DNA from: an uncultured Chromatiales bacterium
Lineage (GTDB): Bacteria; Bacteroidota; Ignavibacteria; SZUA-365
Assembly (NCBI GenBank): GCA_964448285.1
Contig: CAYUWG010000008.1
Span: forward strand, 18,645 to 82,644
DNA: 64,000 nucleotides
Direction of reading: 5' to 3'
The notes beneath the pieces are model-generated. The model was not told the DNA's origin and did not search any database. It was given only the letters and a program-made list of their open reading frames with translations. The stretch's first letter is position 1; every line of letters begins with the position of its first letter. Shown piece after piece: positions 10,203 to 20,776 of this stretch. A program made the translations under genes and the position numbers.

Positions 10203-12656
10203 ATGAATGAAATGAGACTCTGCAAAAGAACTCACAAAATGAAACTGCTGCTGAGCATAATCGCGCTTCCTTTCATTATATCTGTCGCCCAGTCGCAGTA
10301 TTTGATTCGTGGCTTCGTACTCAGTTCGGACAACTCACAGCCCATACACTATGCAAACGTTCTACTGCTCGGGACCAACAGAGGTACAGTGACAAGCGCT
10401 GATGGGACCTTCCGAATCACGGTTGACACACTGCCTGTAATGATTAAAGTATCGTGTATCGGGTATAAGAGCAGCATCGTACGAGTGGATGGCTTGTACA
10501 CAATGAGAATTGAATTGAAACCGGAGGTTTACAAATTCGATGAAGTGACAGTCTCGCCCGACGATAGTCTTGCTCGTTGGATTGTTACAAAAGCTATTGA
10601 GGCTAAGCGAATACGAAATGCAATGCTCCACAGCTATAAAGTCGTTTCTCACTCGAAGTTGCGATTTCGTGTGGGTGCTCTCAATGGCGTAGATCATGAG
10701 GTACAAGAAGAGATACGCAAAACTATGAATGAAATTGTCGAAACGAGAACCACGGCATTTTGGATAAGTCCGGATAAGCACAAAGAAATCATTGAGGGAA
10801 GAAGACAAACGGATGTCTTTGGGACTAGTAAATTACGTTTAAACAGTATCACTGCACGGACAGACCTGTCGGCTGAGAAAATATTGATTGGTATTCTGGA
10901 GGGAGTTGGTCCGATATCGGAGCAAGGATTGGAAGCATATTACTACAGTTATTTAGGTATGACAGTCATCGATTCCACCGCTGTGCATAAAATCCGTGTT
11001 GTGCCTCGCTCACCGATAACACGAGGAGTATTCGGGTCGTTGTTCATATCGGATTCAACCTATTTACTCGTAAGTGCTGATGTGAGTCTTAGTGATGCAA
11101 TGATACTTCCACTTGGTGCCCAATGGTCAGTGGGAGTAAAACAACAGCATCGTCTCGTCGATAGTGTATTTTGGTTGCCTTCAGCAATGGTGATGTCAAT
11201 CAGGGTCACAGCGCGTATTATGGGCGCATATTTGGAAGTATTGGCATCATTATCCGCTGTTATGGAAGACTACCAGGTTAACGTGGATGGAATAGAGAAG
11301 GAGTTCGATGGCTATGGTATCGTCGTTTCAGATGACGCTGATGTGAAGGATGAGAGTTATTGGGACAAGCAATCGTTGATGGCGCTCACGAGTGATGAAA
11401 TTGAAGCATACAGCTATGACGACAGTATGCGTGTTGTGAAGGAGCATGAGAGTAAGACCTTCTTCCTGGAGGATGCTATAGGTGGGAAGACGATGTCGGT
11501 AAGCGGAATCGAGTATGATGTTCCCGGCATCTTCAATCTCTGGCATTATAACCGTGTCGAAGGTGCCTCCGTTGGTCTGCCCTTTTCGCTGTATTCGGAT
11601 ACTGGCAGAATAAGGAGCTTTCATCTCTCCGGATTCTATGGGTTTGCAGACAGGAAATTCAAGGTGCGCTCCGGAATGGAATTACGTCTTTCTAAGAAAT
11701 ACGGACATCTCCTTGAACTGAAGGCTTACGACGATGTATGGGAGTTGGATAGGGATCGGCAAATACGGTTTTCAACCGATACCCTGATCACGAGCTTCAC
11801 GAGTTTGCTCTATGCAGCAGAGCGGGATGACTACTATTACAGGAAGGGAGGTTCGATGACGTACAGCGGCTACACCCTTCCCTTTCTTCATCTCTCGCTC
11901 GATGGAAGATATGAGAAACATGAAAGCGCTTATAAGAATACTGATTGGAGTTTGTTCAACGAGAACAAGAAATTCCAATCCAATCCTGAAATAACGGCGG
12001 GAGAGTATTATTCCGTCGGCATGACGATGAAGCCGGATTTCAGGCCTTTAGCGTACAACGCCGGTATCATCGAACGGCTGGGAATACAAACCGTTCGATC
12101 ATCCCTATCGCTTCAATACACAAAGGGAGCGCTCGCCGATCGCACGATTGACTTCACGAAGTTCGTTGCGGACATATCCGGTGAAGAGTATTTCGGTCTC
12201 TTTGGCGTGACGAGGTGGTCGCTTTCGGGCGGTTACAGCAATAAGCCCTTACCGTTTCAGCACGTGTTCACAGTTCCCGGTTGCATCACGGGTTTGAGTG
12301 AAGAGCATCGCTTCAGGACGTTACAGTTTCGTGAGCTTGGCGGCGATGCGTTAGCCACAGCATATATCGAGCACACGATCGGCGTGCGGCCCTTCGCGGC
12401 CTTCAGAAATGTCCGCTTCATCGAGACATCCATGTGGGAGTTCGTTCTTTTTGGCGGCGCTGCGTGGTCGTCAATGCGGCAGGGAACGAGGAGCTTTCTC
12501 ACAGAGGAAATGTCGGTTGCAAAAAAGCCGTTCTTCGAGGTGGGTATCGGTTTGAAAGGATTGATGGGTGTGTTCCGCGTCGATTTTGCCTGGCGGCTGA
12601 ATCACTTCAACGGTAACGGAAGGAATTTCTTCGTAGGCTTGAATCTCACGAGATGA
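10203..12656 (+). CDS. CarboxypepD_reg-like domain plus DUF5686-like outer membrane protein
   Basis: The N-terminus after the signal peptide (IRGFVLSSDNSQPIHYANVLLLGTNRGTVTSADGTFRI) matches the carboxypeptidase regulatory-like beta-sandwich. The long remainder is OMP-like. This architecture is typical of FCB-group DUF5686 proteins. Confidence 0.5.
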   Translation: MNEMRLCKRTHKMKLLLSIIALPFIISVAQSQYLIRGFVLSSDNSQPIHYANVLLLGTNRGTVTSADGTFRITVDTLPVMIKVSCIGYKSSIVRVDGLYTMRIELKPEVYKFDEVTVSPDDSLARWIVTKAIEAKRIRNAMLHSYKVVSHSKLRFRVGALNGVDHEVQEEIRKTMNEIVETRTTAFWISPDKHKEIIEGRRQTDVFGTSKLRLNSITARTDLSAEKILIGILEGVGPISEQGLEAYYYSYLGMTVIDSTAVHKIRVVPRSPITRGVFGSLFISDSTYLLVSADVSLSDAMILPLGAQWSVGVKQQHRLVDSVFWLPSAMVMSIRVTARIMGAYLEVLASLSAVMEDYQVNVDGIEKEFDGYGIVVSDDADVKDESYWDKQSLMALTSDEIEAYSYDDSMRVVKEHESKTFFLEDAIGGKTMSVSGIEYDVPGIFNLWHYNRVEGASVGLPFSLYSDTGRIRSFHLSGFYGFADRKFKVRSGMELRLSKKYGHLLELKAYDDVWELDRDRQIRFSTDTLITSFTSLLYAAERDDYYYRKGGSMTYSGYTLPFLHLSLDGRYEKHESAYKNTDWSLFNENKKFQSNPEITAGEYYSVGMTMKPDFRPLAYNAGIIERLGIQTVRSSLSLQYTKGALADRTIDFTKFVADISGEEYFGLFGVTRWSLSGGYSNKPLPFQHVFTVPGCITGLSEEHRFRTLQFRELGGDALATAYIEHTIGVRPFAAFRNVRFIETSMWEFVLFGGAAWSSMRQGTRSFLTEEMSVAKKPFFEVGIGLKGLMGVFRVDFAWRLNHFNGNGRNFFVGLNLTR

Positions 12657-12662
12657 GGTCGC
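12616..12662 (+). repeat. 47-bp direct repeat, copy B (3' end of OMP gene)
   Basis: Matches 10155..10201 with two mismatches. Confidence 0.8.
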
Positions 12663-12743
12663 TTGCCGTGTTGGTTAGCCATCTTTTATCTCCGTTTGCA
12701 CTGTGTAAGATTTGACGGTCGCTTCACCATGGAAGTATCCCCT

Positions 12744-14279
12744 TCACCGCTCAACGCGAAACACATCCTCATCGGGACGAAGCCTGTCGTAGAGAAAAAC
12801 GAGTCGCTCCCATGCGTGCCGGCTTCCTTGCTGTGCCGCTTTGCGATAGTAACCCACGGCCTCTCCTTCATGGCGTATGAAGCCGATGCCGTGTTCGCGT
12901 GCATATCCGAGCGCAACGTCCGCGAGTGCCGAGCCTTCGTCCGATGCGTCAGAGAGAAAACTCAAATCCTCGGTCCCGATGCGTGCTTTCATGGAAAGAA
13001 TCTCTTCGGCTAAGAGGCGAACATGCGCTTCCATGCTTCCGGTTTGAATAGCCTGTTTCCAAAGTGCCAAGCCGGCTTCGCTGTTCTTCGGCTGCCATCG
13101 TCCGGATATGAGACTGAGTCCGAGTTGCACGAGCGCGGGTTCATGTCCAGCATTTGCCGCCTCGCGCAGAAGCTGGAGCGCTCTCCCTTCCGTCAATCTG
13201 CGGTCGATGCCTAAAGCAAAAAGCATCGCGCCGATGAACTGCTCGCGCGCGCTTCCCGAGGAGCGCTGGTAACGGTCGAGGAATTCCTTTCGCTGAATCA
13301 GTTGGGCAAGCAGCGGCAATCCGTACGGCGAGTCGAGATACCCTGCGCGGATGTACAGCTCGGCCGCGAACAACGGATCGTCGCTTTCCGAAAGCATGCC
13401 TCTGACGCACAACGCGGAGCCGTTTCCCAATTCGCCCGCCCGCTCGATTCTTTTCCGCAGTGAGTCGGTTGGGATGCGCTTCTTCGTTGCAGCACGAACG
13501 AGCGCGAGACTATCGGAGGTGGAGAATTGCGCGGACTGAACAAGCGCTTCCACGACGGCGCCTGCATCGATCGTTCGTTGCGAAGTATCGCGGTCGAAAT
13601 CGAGAAACACCGGAGACCACGCCTCCTTCTTCTGCGTATCGCGGTTTTGCGGCGGCGCCGGGAGGGTATCCTGAATCGATGCATGTACAGTCGTGTCGGC
13701 AGGTGTGATGTACGCGCGTCGAAGAAGTTCATCCAGTATCTGCCGGGCGCGCACGTCACCCTTTCTCCGCGCGGACGATAGCCAGGACGCAGCGCGCTTC
13801 CAGTCGCGCGGAATGATGAGGTTGTCCGTGTAAAGCAATCCGAGGATGTACTGCGCTTCAGCCATGCCTTCATCGGCGGCGAAATGAAAGAGCCTGAACG
13901 CTTCGAAGGGATTCCAGCGAACGCCCCAGCCGTTCAAGTGCAGCAGGGCGTAATTGTAACTCGCGGTGATGTGTCGTTGTGCGGCGGCATTCCCGATCCA
14001 TCGCGCCGCGAGCGACGTGTCCTTGAGAAATCCTTCGCCGGTGAGGTGGCGCAATCCTAATTCATGCTGCGCGTCGGCGTTGCCGCTGTTCGCATCGCGC
14101 ATGAGCATGAAGTCATTCCAATGCCGCGCGAGCGCTTCGTCTGACGACGGCGATTGTTGTTTCGGCGGGCGATAGTTCCGAAACACGGGACTGTTCGGAA
14201 AGCGCTGAGCCATCGCGGACGGAACGAGAGCGCACCCAAACAGCATGGCACACAGCCAGAAGTTTGCGGGACGCTTCAT
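12744..14279 (-). CDS. Sel1/TPR-like repeat protein, secreted
   Basis: Signal peptide MKRPANFWLCAMLFGCALVPSAMAQ. Repeated A.a.LG..Y..G motifs (AQHELGLRHLTGEGF, AQYILGLLYTDN) are typical of Sel1 repeats. Confidence 0.6.
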   Translation of the reverse strand: MKRPANFWLCAMLFGCALVPSAMAQRFPNSPVFRNYRPPKQQSPSSDEALARHWNDFMLMRDANSGNADAQHELGLRHLTGEGFLKDTSLAARWIGNAAAQRHITASYNYALLHLNGWGVRWNPFEAFRLFHFAADEGMAEAQYILGLLYTDNLIIPRDWKRAASWLSSARRKGDVRARQILDELLRRAYITPADTTVHASIQDTLPAPPQNRDTQKKEAWSPVFLDFDRDTSQRTIDAGAVVEALVQSAQFSTSDSLALVRAATKKRIPTDSLRKRIERAGELGNGSALCVRGMLSESDDPLFAAELYIRAGYLDSPYGLPLLAQLIQRKEFLDRYQRSSGSAREQFIGAMLFALGIDRRLTEGRALQLLREAANAGHEPALVQLGLSLISGRWQPKNSEAGLALWKQAIQTGSMEAHVRLLAEEILSMKARIGTEDLSFLSDASDEGSALADVALGYAREHGIGFIRHEGEAVGYYRKAAQQGSRHAWERLVFLYDRLRPDEDVFRVER

Positions 14280-15178
14280 CGCGTATCGAATTGCACGATC
14301 ATCCCGCCGTTGCCGACGGCGACCGCGACCGTGTCGTTGCGGAATGCGATTGCGTTGACGCGCTGCGTTCCCGCAAGGCGATGTAAACGCCAGCTCTTTC
14401 CGTTGTCGTTGGATTTCACGACCGCGCCTTGCGCACCGACAAGCCAGCCCTTCCCATGCCGGTCGAATCTCATACGATTGTAGTTGGAGCGATACGCTTT
14501 CAAGTCAGTCCAGGATTTCCCGCCATCGGTGGTGCGCATCACCATACCGTCATAGCCTGCGGCATAACAGGTGTCGCGCGAGCGTGCGCTCAGGTCGGTT
14601 ATCGGGAGGCGTCCTGAGAATTTCTTCTCCGTCCATGTTTCGCCTCCGTCGGTTGTGCGCAGGAGAATCCCTTGCGAGGACGAGGCCCAACCATAAAGCG
14701 TATCGGAAAACGAGATTGCATCGAGAAGCTTCGTCGTCCCCGTTTGAATGCTCTTCCAGTCCGTGCCGCGATTCGTCGTCCGTATCAGAAAGCCATTCTG
14801 TCCGCTTATCCATGCATGATCTCCGACTGCGGCGACAGCGGTAAGGTGATTCACAACCCCCAGTGTAAGGGGCAGCCAATTCTTTCCCGCGTCGATTGTT
14901 TTATACAACGCACCGGATAGCCCCGCTGCGATTCCCGTGTCCGGCGTGAAGAAATGCACGCTCCTCAACGCCAGTTTGAGCTTCGTGAGCTGCGGACTCC
15001 ACGACTTTCCTCCGTCTGTAGTTTTTTGAATGATGCCGTTATCGCCGACGGTAAATCCTGTGTCGGAGTTCACGAAGACGATATCCCATAGGTTGAGATG
15101 AACGCGCTCGGTATCGTCTTGAGCGCGAAGCTGAAAGCCGAGGAGGAGGAGAGACAGGAGAAAGAATGTGGTGTGCAT
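14276..15178 (-). CDS. BNR/Ycf48-like beta-propeller protein
   Basis: Six repeats of the S/T-x-D-x-G-x-S/T-W motif (TTDGGKSW, TIDAGKNW, TTNRGTDW, TTDGGETW, TTDGGKSW, SNDNGKSW). The likely start is the ATG at 15178 (MHTTFFLLSLLLLGFQLRAQD). Confidence 0.55.
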   Translation of the reverse strand: MHTTFFLLSLLLLGFQLRAQDDTERVHLNLWDIVFVNSDTGFTVGDNGIIQKTTDGGKSWSPQLTKLKLALRSVHFFTPDTGIAAGLSGALYKTIDAGKNWLPLTLGVVNHLTAVAAVGDHAWISGQNGFLIRTTNRGTDWKSIQTGTTKLLDAISFSDTLYGWASSSQGILLRTTDGGETWTEKKFSGRLPITDLSARSRDTCYAAGYDGMVMRTTDGGKSWTDLKAYRSNYNRMRFDRHGKGWLVGAQGAVVKSNDNGKSWRLHRLAGTQRVNAIAFRNDTVAVAVGNGGMIVQFDTR

Positions 15179-15402
15179 GTTCACGTCGAATTCATTCGCA
15201 ATACTGTTGCAAGCTATGACCCAAACCCAAACGGATGCAAGGTCGTTCTGGAGCGCCAATACTGTGAACGCTCGCTTTATCGCTTGTTCATGCTTCTGAC
15301 GTGAAGGCGTCAACGACTATCGCCGATTGTCCACGCGGGATGATTTTTCTACCTTTTCATCGTGATCGAAAAACATCCTCCCATCAGCCGACTTTCCATA
15401 CA

Positions 15403-17481
15403 ATGAAATCCATCATCTCGCGGGCGTCGATTCTTACGCTCTTCGCACTCCTGACCATTTCCATCACTGCAGACGAGGGGATGTATCCTCTCAGCGAAAT
15501 CCATCGCGTCAATCTGAAAGCAAAGGGATTGAAGATCGACGTGAAGGAGGTGTACAATCCGAACGGCCCGAGCCTTGTCGATGCCATCTGTCAGGTCGGT
15601 GGCGGAACGGGAGAGTTCGTCTCTTCCGATGGACTGATTCTCACGAACCATCACATCGCATTCGACGCCGTTGCCGCGGCAAGCACACCGGAGAAGGATT
15701 ACCTGAAGAACGGTTTCACCGCGCACACGCGCGAAGCGGAAATTCCCGCCACCGGATACACCTGCAGGATTACGGAAAGCTATCGCGACGTCTCCGATGA
15801 AGTCCTCGCGGGCCTGACCGAGCAGACGCCGCCGGCGGAACGCAGCAAACTCGTTCGCGATCGCATGAATGACATTGCGAAGAAAGAAGCGGGCGACAGG
15901 CCGAACATCACCTGCCAGGTTTCGGAGATGTTTCCGGGGAGAAGCTACGTGCTGTTCACCTATCGATTGATCAAGGACGTGCGGCTCGTGTATGTCCCGC
16001 CGATCGGAGTGGGGAATTTCGGCGGGGAAGATGACAACTGGATCTGGCCGCGCCACACGGGAGACTTTTCATTCATGCGCGCTTATGTCGCACCGGACGG
16101 ATCGACGGCGGAGTATGCGAAGGACAACGTGCCCTTCACGCCGAAGCGCTTTCTCAAGGTCTCTCCGAAGGGCGTGAAGGAAGGGGACTTCGTGATGATC
16201 CTCGGATATCCGGGGCGCACGTATCGCCATAAGACCTCGTACTACGTCGCATTGCAGGAACGCGAGCTGATGCCCTATCTCTCCAGCCGCTTCGATGCGA
16301 TGATCAAAACGATGGAAGAAGCGGGCGAAGGGAACAGAGCATTGCAATTGAAATTAGCCGACCAGATCAAAAGCTACGCGAACGTCACGAAGAACTACAA
16401 AGGCAAGATGCAGGGACTCCGGCGATTGAAACTCGTCGAGAAGAAACGGAACGAAGAAGCAGAACTGCAGCGATTCATCGAATCCGATCCGGCGAGAAAA
16501 CAGAAGTATGGAAACCTTCTCGCCGAGATCACCCGCGTTTATGAGAGTGCAGGCAGAACGATGCGGCAGGATCTCGTCGTGAATCTGATGAACAGAAACG
16601 GCCTGTTAGCATTGGCCAATGCTCTCATAACCGCGATGGAAAATGCCGATCGCAGTGAAACCCGAATTCAACAGGCGCAAAAGAGAATCGCGACGCTGTG
16701 GGATGAGATTCACATGCCTTCGGAGTCGGCGATTCTCTCGATGCTCGTCAAAGACGTCGCCGCCCTTCCGGAAGACCAGCGATTCCTGAAAAGCATTCCT
16801 TCGGACGCCGAGCTTGCGTCGTCCATCGTAAACGACAAAGGAAAATTGCTTGAAGCAGCGGCAGCGAAAGAGCTCCCCGAAGATGACGCACTCATTCGCA
16901 TCGCGAAACAGCATCGGATCATTTCTCAGGAAGTACGGGAACGCGGACGCATGCGGGAAGGAGAACTCAACCGCCTCGAAGCCGAACTTCTCGACGTGAA
17001 GATGCAGTGGCAGAAGAAGGACTTCATGCCGGATGCGAACAGCACGCTGCGGCTCACCTACGGCTACATTCGCGGCTACGCTCCGTCCGATGCGACGCGG
17101 TATTCTCCGATCACGACGCTGCGAGGCGTCGTTGAGAAGTACACGGGACAGGAACCCTTCGATGCGCCGCAAGCGCTGATCGATCTGTATCATTCGAAGA
17201 AATACGACAAGGCATTCGAAGATGAAACGCTGAAGGATGTCCCCGTTGCGATTCTCTATAACATGGACACGACGGGAGGAAACTCCGGAAGTCCGGTGAT
17301 GAACGCGAAGGGCGAACTCGTCGGCGTGAACTTCGACCGCGCCTACGAAGCGACGATCAACGACTTCCAGTGGAGCGAATCGTACAGCCGCTCCATCGGC
17401 GTCGATATCCGCTACATCCTCTTCGTCGCAAAGCATCTCGGCGGAGCGGATTTCCTTTTGAAAGAATTGGGCGTGATGTGA
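15403..17481 (+). CDS. S46 family dipeptidyl-peptidase (DPP7/DPP11-like)
   Basis: Signal peptide followed by DEGMYPLSEI. The catalytic His region GTGEFVSSDGLILTNHHIAF is the S46 signature. The length of about 690 aa is typical for the family. Confidence 0.8.
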   Translation: MKSIISRASILTLFALLTISITADEGMYPLSEIHRVNLKAKGLKIDVKEVYNPNGPSLVDAICQVGGGTGEFVSSDGLILTNHHIAFDAVAAASTPEKDYLKNGFTAHTREAEIPATGYTCRITESYRDVSDEVLAGLTEQTPPAERSKLVRDRMNDIAKKEAGDRPNITCQVSEMFPGRSYVLFTYRLIKDVRLVYVPPIGVGNFGGEDDNWIWPRHTGDFSFMRAYVAPDGSTAEYAKDNVPFTPKRFLKVSPKGVKEGDFVMILGYPGRTYRHKTSYYVALQERELMPYLSSRFDAMIKTMEEAGEGNRALQLKLADQIKSYANVTKNYKGKMQGLRRLKLVEKKRNEEAELQRFIESDPARKQKYGNLLAEITRVYESAGRTMRQDLVVNLMNRNGLLALANALITAMENADRSETRIQQAQKRIATLWDEIHMPSESAILSMLVKDVAALPEDQRFLKSIPSDAELASSIVNDKGKLLEAAAAKELPEDDALIRIAKQHRIISQEVRERGRMREGELNRLEAELLDVKMQWQKKDFMPDANSTLRLTYGYIRGYAPSDATRYSPITTLRGVVEKYTGQEPFDAPQALIDLYHSKKYDKAFEDETLKDVPVAILYNMDTTGGNSGSPVMNAKGELVGVNFDRAYEATINDFQWSESYSRSIGVDIRYILFVAKHLGGADFLLKELGVM

Positions 17482-17494
17482 ACGACGGGCGGAA

Positions 17495-18265
17495 ATGAAA
17501 ATCATCGTCCTCAACTCCGGCTCCAACGGCAACGCCGTCTATGTGGAATCAGACCGCGGAACGGCGATCCTTCTCGACTGCGGTATTTCGAGGAAGCAGA
17601 TCGAACAGCGATTGAAAGTGCATGGCCGTTATCCGCAGAGTGTGCGCGCGGTGTTCATCACGCACGAACACGGCGATCACGTGAACGGCCTCCCGGCGTT
17701 CAACAAGTATTATCCATGTCCGGTCTATTTCACTGAGTGGACGTACCGGTATTTCTGGCGAAGGCAATTGATCAAGGGATTTCGCTTCATCGGCAATACC
17801 GCGACGGTTGAGATCGATGGCATGGTCGTTCGTGCAATCCCGAAATCGCACGACGCCCGCGACCCGGTAAGCTTTTTCGTGCGCGCAGACGGGAAGGAAT
17901 TTCTCTATGCGACGGACATGGGGACGCTGAACGAACAACACCGCGCCATTCTCCCGGACGTGGACGCGCTCATGCTCGAAAGCAACTACGATCACGACAT
18001 GCTCTGGAACGGCGAGTACCCGTTGGACCTGAAGAAACGCATCGACTCGGACCTCGGTCATCTCTCGAACGCGCAGGTTCGTACGCTGCTGCAGGAGCAC
18101 TGCGATGGCCGGTTGCGTACGCTCATTCTCGGACACCTCAGTGAGAACAACAACACGCCCGAGTTGGTCTCGAAAAACATCGAACAACTGTATGCAAGTC
18201 GTGAAAGGCAACCGATAGTACACGTCGCGTCCCGGCATTCTGTCAGCGACGTGATTGAAGTGTAG
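17495..18265 (+). CDS. MBL-fold metallo-hydrolase
   Basis: HEHGDHVNGL (HxHxDH zinc motif), 256 aa. Confidence 0.75.
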   Translation: MKIIVLNSGSNGNAVYVESDRGTAILLDCGISRKQIEQRLKVHGRYPQSVRAVFITHEHGDHVNGLPAFNKYYPCPVYFTEWTYRYFWRRQLIKGFRFIGNTATVEIDGMVVRAIPKSHDARDPVSFFVRADGKEFLYATDMGTLNEQHRAILPDVDALMLESNYDHDMLWNGEYPLDLKKRIDSDLGHLSNAQVRTLLQEHCDGRLRTLILGHLSENNNTPELVSKNIEQLYASRERQPIVHVASRHSVSDVIEV

Positions 18266-18420
18266 CAATCCCCGGCAGGTTGGAATGTTCATTCTCGTTC
18301 AGTTCGAAGACCACGAACCTGAAAAAAAAACCGTGGAGCTATTGACTCTTATTGTCCGCTTCCGTAGTGTTGCGGTGTAATTCGGATAGAAAACCACTAT
18401 TCACAACAAAAGGAGAAGCT

Positions 18421-18822
18421 ATGGCTATCATAGATGCATGGAGTATCAACCTTGATACGTTTCAGATCGATGTTACGGTCGAGGATGATCAGAATGAAAA
18501 GCAATGTTCCGGAGAACAGGCAATCTTTGCCACGGTCCAGAATCCAAACGATTGTGTCTCTACAATCAATAAGCAAGACGGTACAGTGTTGATGGTATTG
18601 ACGGGTAACACTGCACAAAACGGTAATGTCAACGATGCTGTCGAGAACTATGATTTCGTTTTCCAATTCCAGGGCGGAAACCAGGTTCAAGCGACAAAGC
18701 CATACAACCTGAAGAAAAAGCGAATTCGGATTCTCTGGAAAGACAAGCCTCAAGGTTCGTCCGGCACATCACAGCAGTCCGGTTCCGGTTCCGTTATCAT
18801 CAACGTCTATATAAACTCATAA
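18421..18822 (+). CDS. hypothetical small protein
   Basis: ORF preceded by aaaggagaag. The region is AT-richer than its flanks. It is the first of three co-oriented unknown genes. Confidence 0.4.
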   Translation: MAIIDAWSINLDTFQIDVTVEDDQNEKQCSGEQAIFATVQNPNDCVSTINKQDGTVLMVLTGNTAQNGNVNDAVENYDFVFQFQGGNQVQATKPYNLKKKRIRILWKDKPQGSSGTSQQSGSGSVIINVYINS

Positions 18823-18886
18823 TACCTGCTCGCAACCGGTGTTGACCGCATTTCGCGGTCAACACTCGCGGCGGCGGGGAGATGAA

Positions 18887-19996
18887 ATGAGCCTCCATAT
18901 CCAAACGATCGCGTTCAATCACAATCCTGATTCGGAATCGACGGACGCAGTGAACATCCGTCTCAATCGGGATAACTACCTGACAAGCCCTGAATGGATT
19001 CGTGGGATATCTCAGACATTCAGCGATTCACGGGCTGCATACTCTATCGCATCGACTTCGGGACAGACTCTGACGATCGAAGTGACGATTGCACGAACCG
19101 ACCAAAGCCTCAGCACTGCTACAATCCGCGCAATAGAGAGCAGTGGGCAGTTCGCAAACGTCGAAGCGACTCCTGCAGCATTCTCGGAAGATGAGATATC
19201 GGTGATGATGAATCTCGAAAACGTACAGATAGGAAATACCGGCGTTGGCGTATGGGATATAACCTGGGTATGGGAGTTTCTCGATACCAATGGGGCTTGG
19301 GTGGAATTCGACAAAACGAAGCACCGCATCTATGCCCTTCTCGATTTACCTTTTTATCCTTGGGAATACCAACCCCAGGACGATGACGAATCTCAACTGG
19401 TATGGACGGAGGTCCTCGATCATTCATGTACCTGGGCGGCCGGTGCAAAGACGATGCATGAGGCGGCATACCACATAACGCATAACATATTTCACACGTT
19501 AGGGCAAATACTGAGTTATGATTGCCCAAACGGAATGTCTCTGCTTGTATCGAGTAACAACTTCCTTTGTACGGAAGCTCTTCAAATCATCGCAGACGCA
19601 ACGGGACGCATGCCTGTCAACTGTGTGGATTGCGCAACACTCCTCGTGACTTTCGCCAATGCCGTCGGTTGTCAACTTGAATGCTCACGCATCGGGATGA
19701 ATTTCCCATTGAACCGAATACTCCTGATCGGAAGGGGAATATGGAGGTACGGTTGTTCGAATACCCAGGGATACTTCACCTACCATGAGTTTGCGTTGTC
19801 ATGGAATGCCGATACAGCTGATTCCGTGTATGATGCCTGTCTTGAGGTTGACATGGACGCAGACCCCGCAAATCCACCGGTAGTGCCACTCTTACCGGCG
19901 GGGATTCCCTTCTCAAAGTATGAGAGCATGCTCATTGCTGCCGGTACACGTTCGAGGGTCGTCGATGGAATATCAACGTTCAGAAAGGTGACGTGA
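18887..19996 (+). CDS. transglutaminase-like (papain-fold) cysteine peptidase domain protein
   Basis: Candidate Cys-His-Asp triad in the expected order and context: VDCATLLVTFANAVGCQ...R, then YFTYHEFALSW, then DSVYDACLEVD. Confidence 0.4.
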   Translation: MSLHIQTIAFNHNPDSESTDAVNIRLNRDNYLTSPEWIRGISQTFSDSRAAYSIASTSGQTLTIEVTIARTDQSLSTATIRAIESSGQFANVEATPAAFSEDEISVMMNLENVQIGNTGVGVWDITWVWEFLDTNGAWVEFDKTKHRIYALLDLPFYPWEYQPQDDDESQLVWTEVLDHSCTWAAGAKTMHEAAYHITHNIFHTLGQILSYDCPNGMSLLVSSNNFLCTEALQIIADATGRMPVNCVDCATLLVTFANAVGCQLECSRIGMNFPLNRILLIGRGIWRYGCSNTQGYFTYHEFALSWNADTADSVYDACLEVDMDADPANPPVVPLLPAGIPFSKYESMLIAAGTRSRVVDGISTFRKVT

Positions 19997-19999
19997 CAT

Positions 20000-20776
20000 A
20001 TGAACGGGCGCATCTCCCCCCAGGAATTTTCGAGCCAACTCGCAAAGCAATACGCTTACGAACGGTGGGCAAGTCCTACCCAAGCGGAACGAACGATTTT
20101 CATCCACAAATTCTTCCTCTGGGGAAATGAATTCGGAGACGATTGGATTACACAGCGACTGAACTCCTCGATGATCGGTAACGAGGTGAACTACACGCGC
20201 GCGGATTCGCAGCATAGCCATGATCCATTCTCCTTCAGAATAGAGATCTACGAAACGGCATCCGCGCAGATCGCACGGTCACGCTTGCTCGAACTTCTGA
20301 GCGAATTCACGGTCGGGCCGCTGAACCAACAGAAAGGATCAGAATCCGTCCACATCGCCTTTGCTACGAGGGATGGGCAGGTCGTCGTCTATGCATTTGC
20401 CAACATGGCGGTCAAACTTGCTCGGCACGCGCAAAGGGGAGAGAGCAATGTCAACATGCTCGTACCAGTCCAACGATTCACTTCAATCTTTGCAGAGAAA
20501 TCTCATAGAGCAGATAAAGTGAGACAACCGCAAATCGTTCAGTTTCAGACACCCATGCCAAGAATGAAACCTGGTATCGCGGTGCCGCTCGATATTCGCG
20601 TCATCGATCCGTTGAACAGGCCTGTCTGGTATCGCCTTACATCAACGAACGGCGAGGTGACGTCGCACGGAGAGCGATTGATGTACACACCGTTCACAAC
20701 GGGACGGCAATCGATAGCCCTCGTGGTAACGAACGCCGACGGGTTTACATCGCAGCGCGAATTACGTTTGGTCTGA
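20000..20776 (+). CDS. hypothetical protein
   Basis: 258-aa ORF starting 3 nt after the previous gene. No motif recognised. Confidence 0.4.
   Translation: MNGRISPQEFSSQLAKQYAYERWASPTQAERTIFIHKFFLWGNEFGDDWITQRLNSSMIGNEVNYTRADSQHSHDPFSFRIEIYETASAQIARSRLLELLSEFTVGPLNQQKGSESVHIAFATRDGQVVVYAFANMAVKLARHAQRGESNVNMLVPVQRFTSIFAEKSHRADKVRQPQIVQFQTPMPRMKPGIAVPLDIRVIDPLNRPVWYRLTSTNGEVTSHGERLMYTPFTTGRQSIALVVTNADGFTSQRELRLV

Noticed and set aside
15349-17532. 235-aa and 308-aa minus-strand ORFs inside the S46 peptidase gene
   Set aside because: The S46 peptidase carries its family signature in the plus frame across the whole region. The antisense ORFs are shadows.
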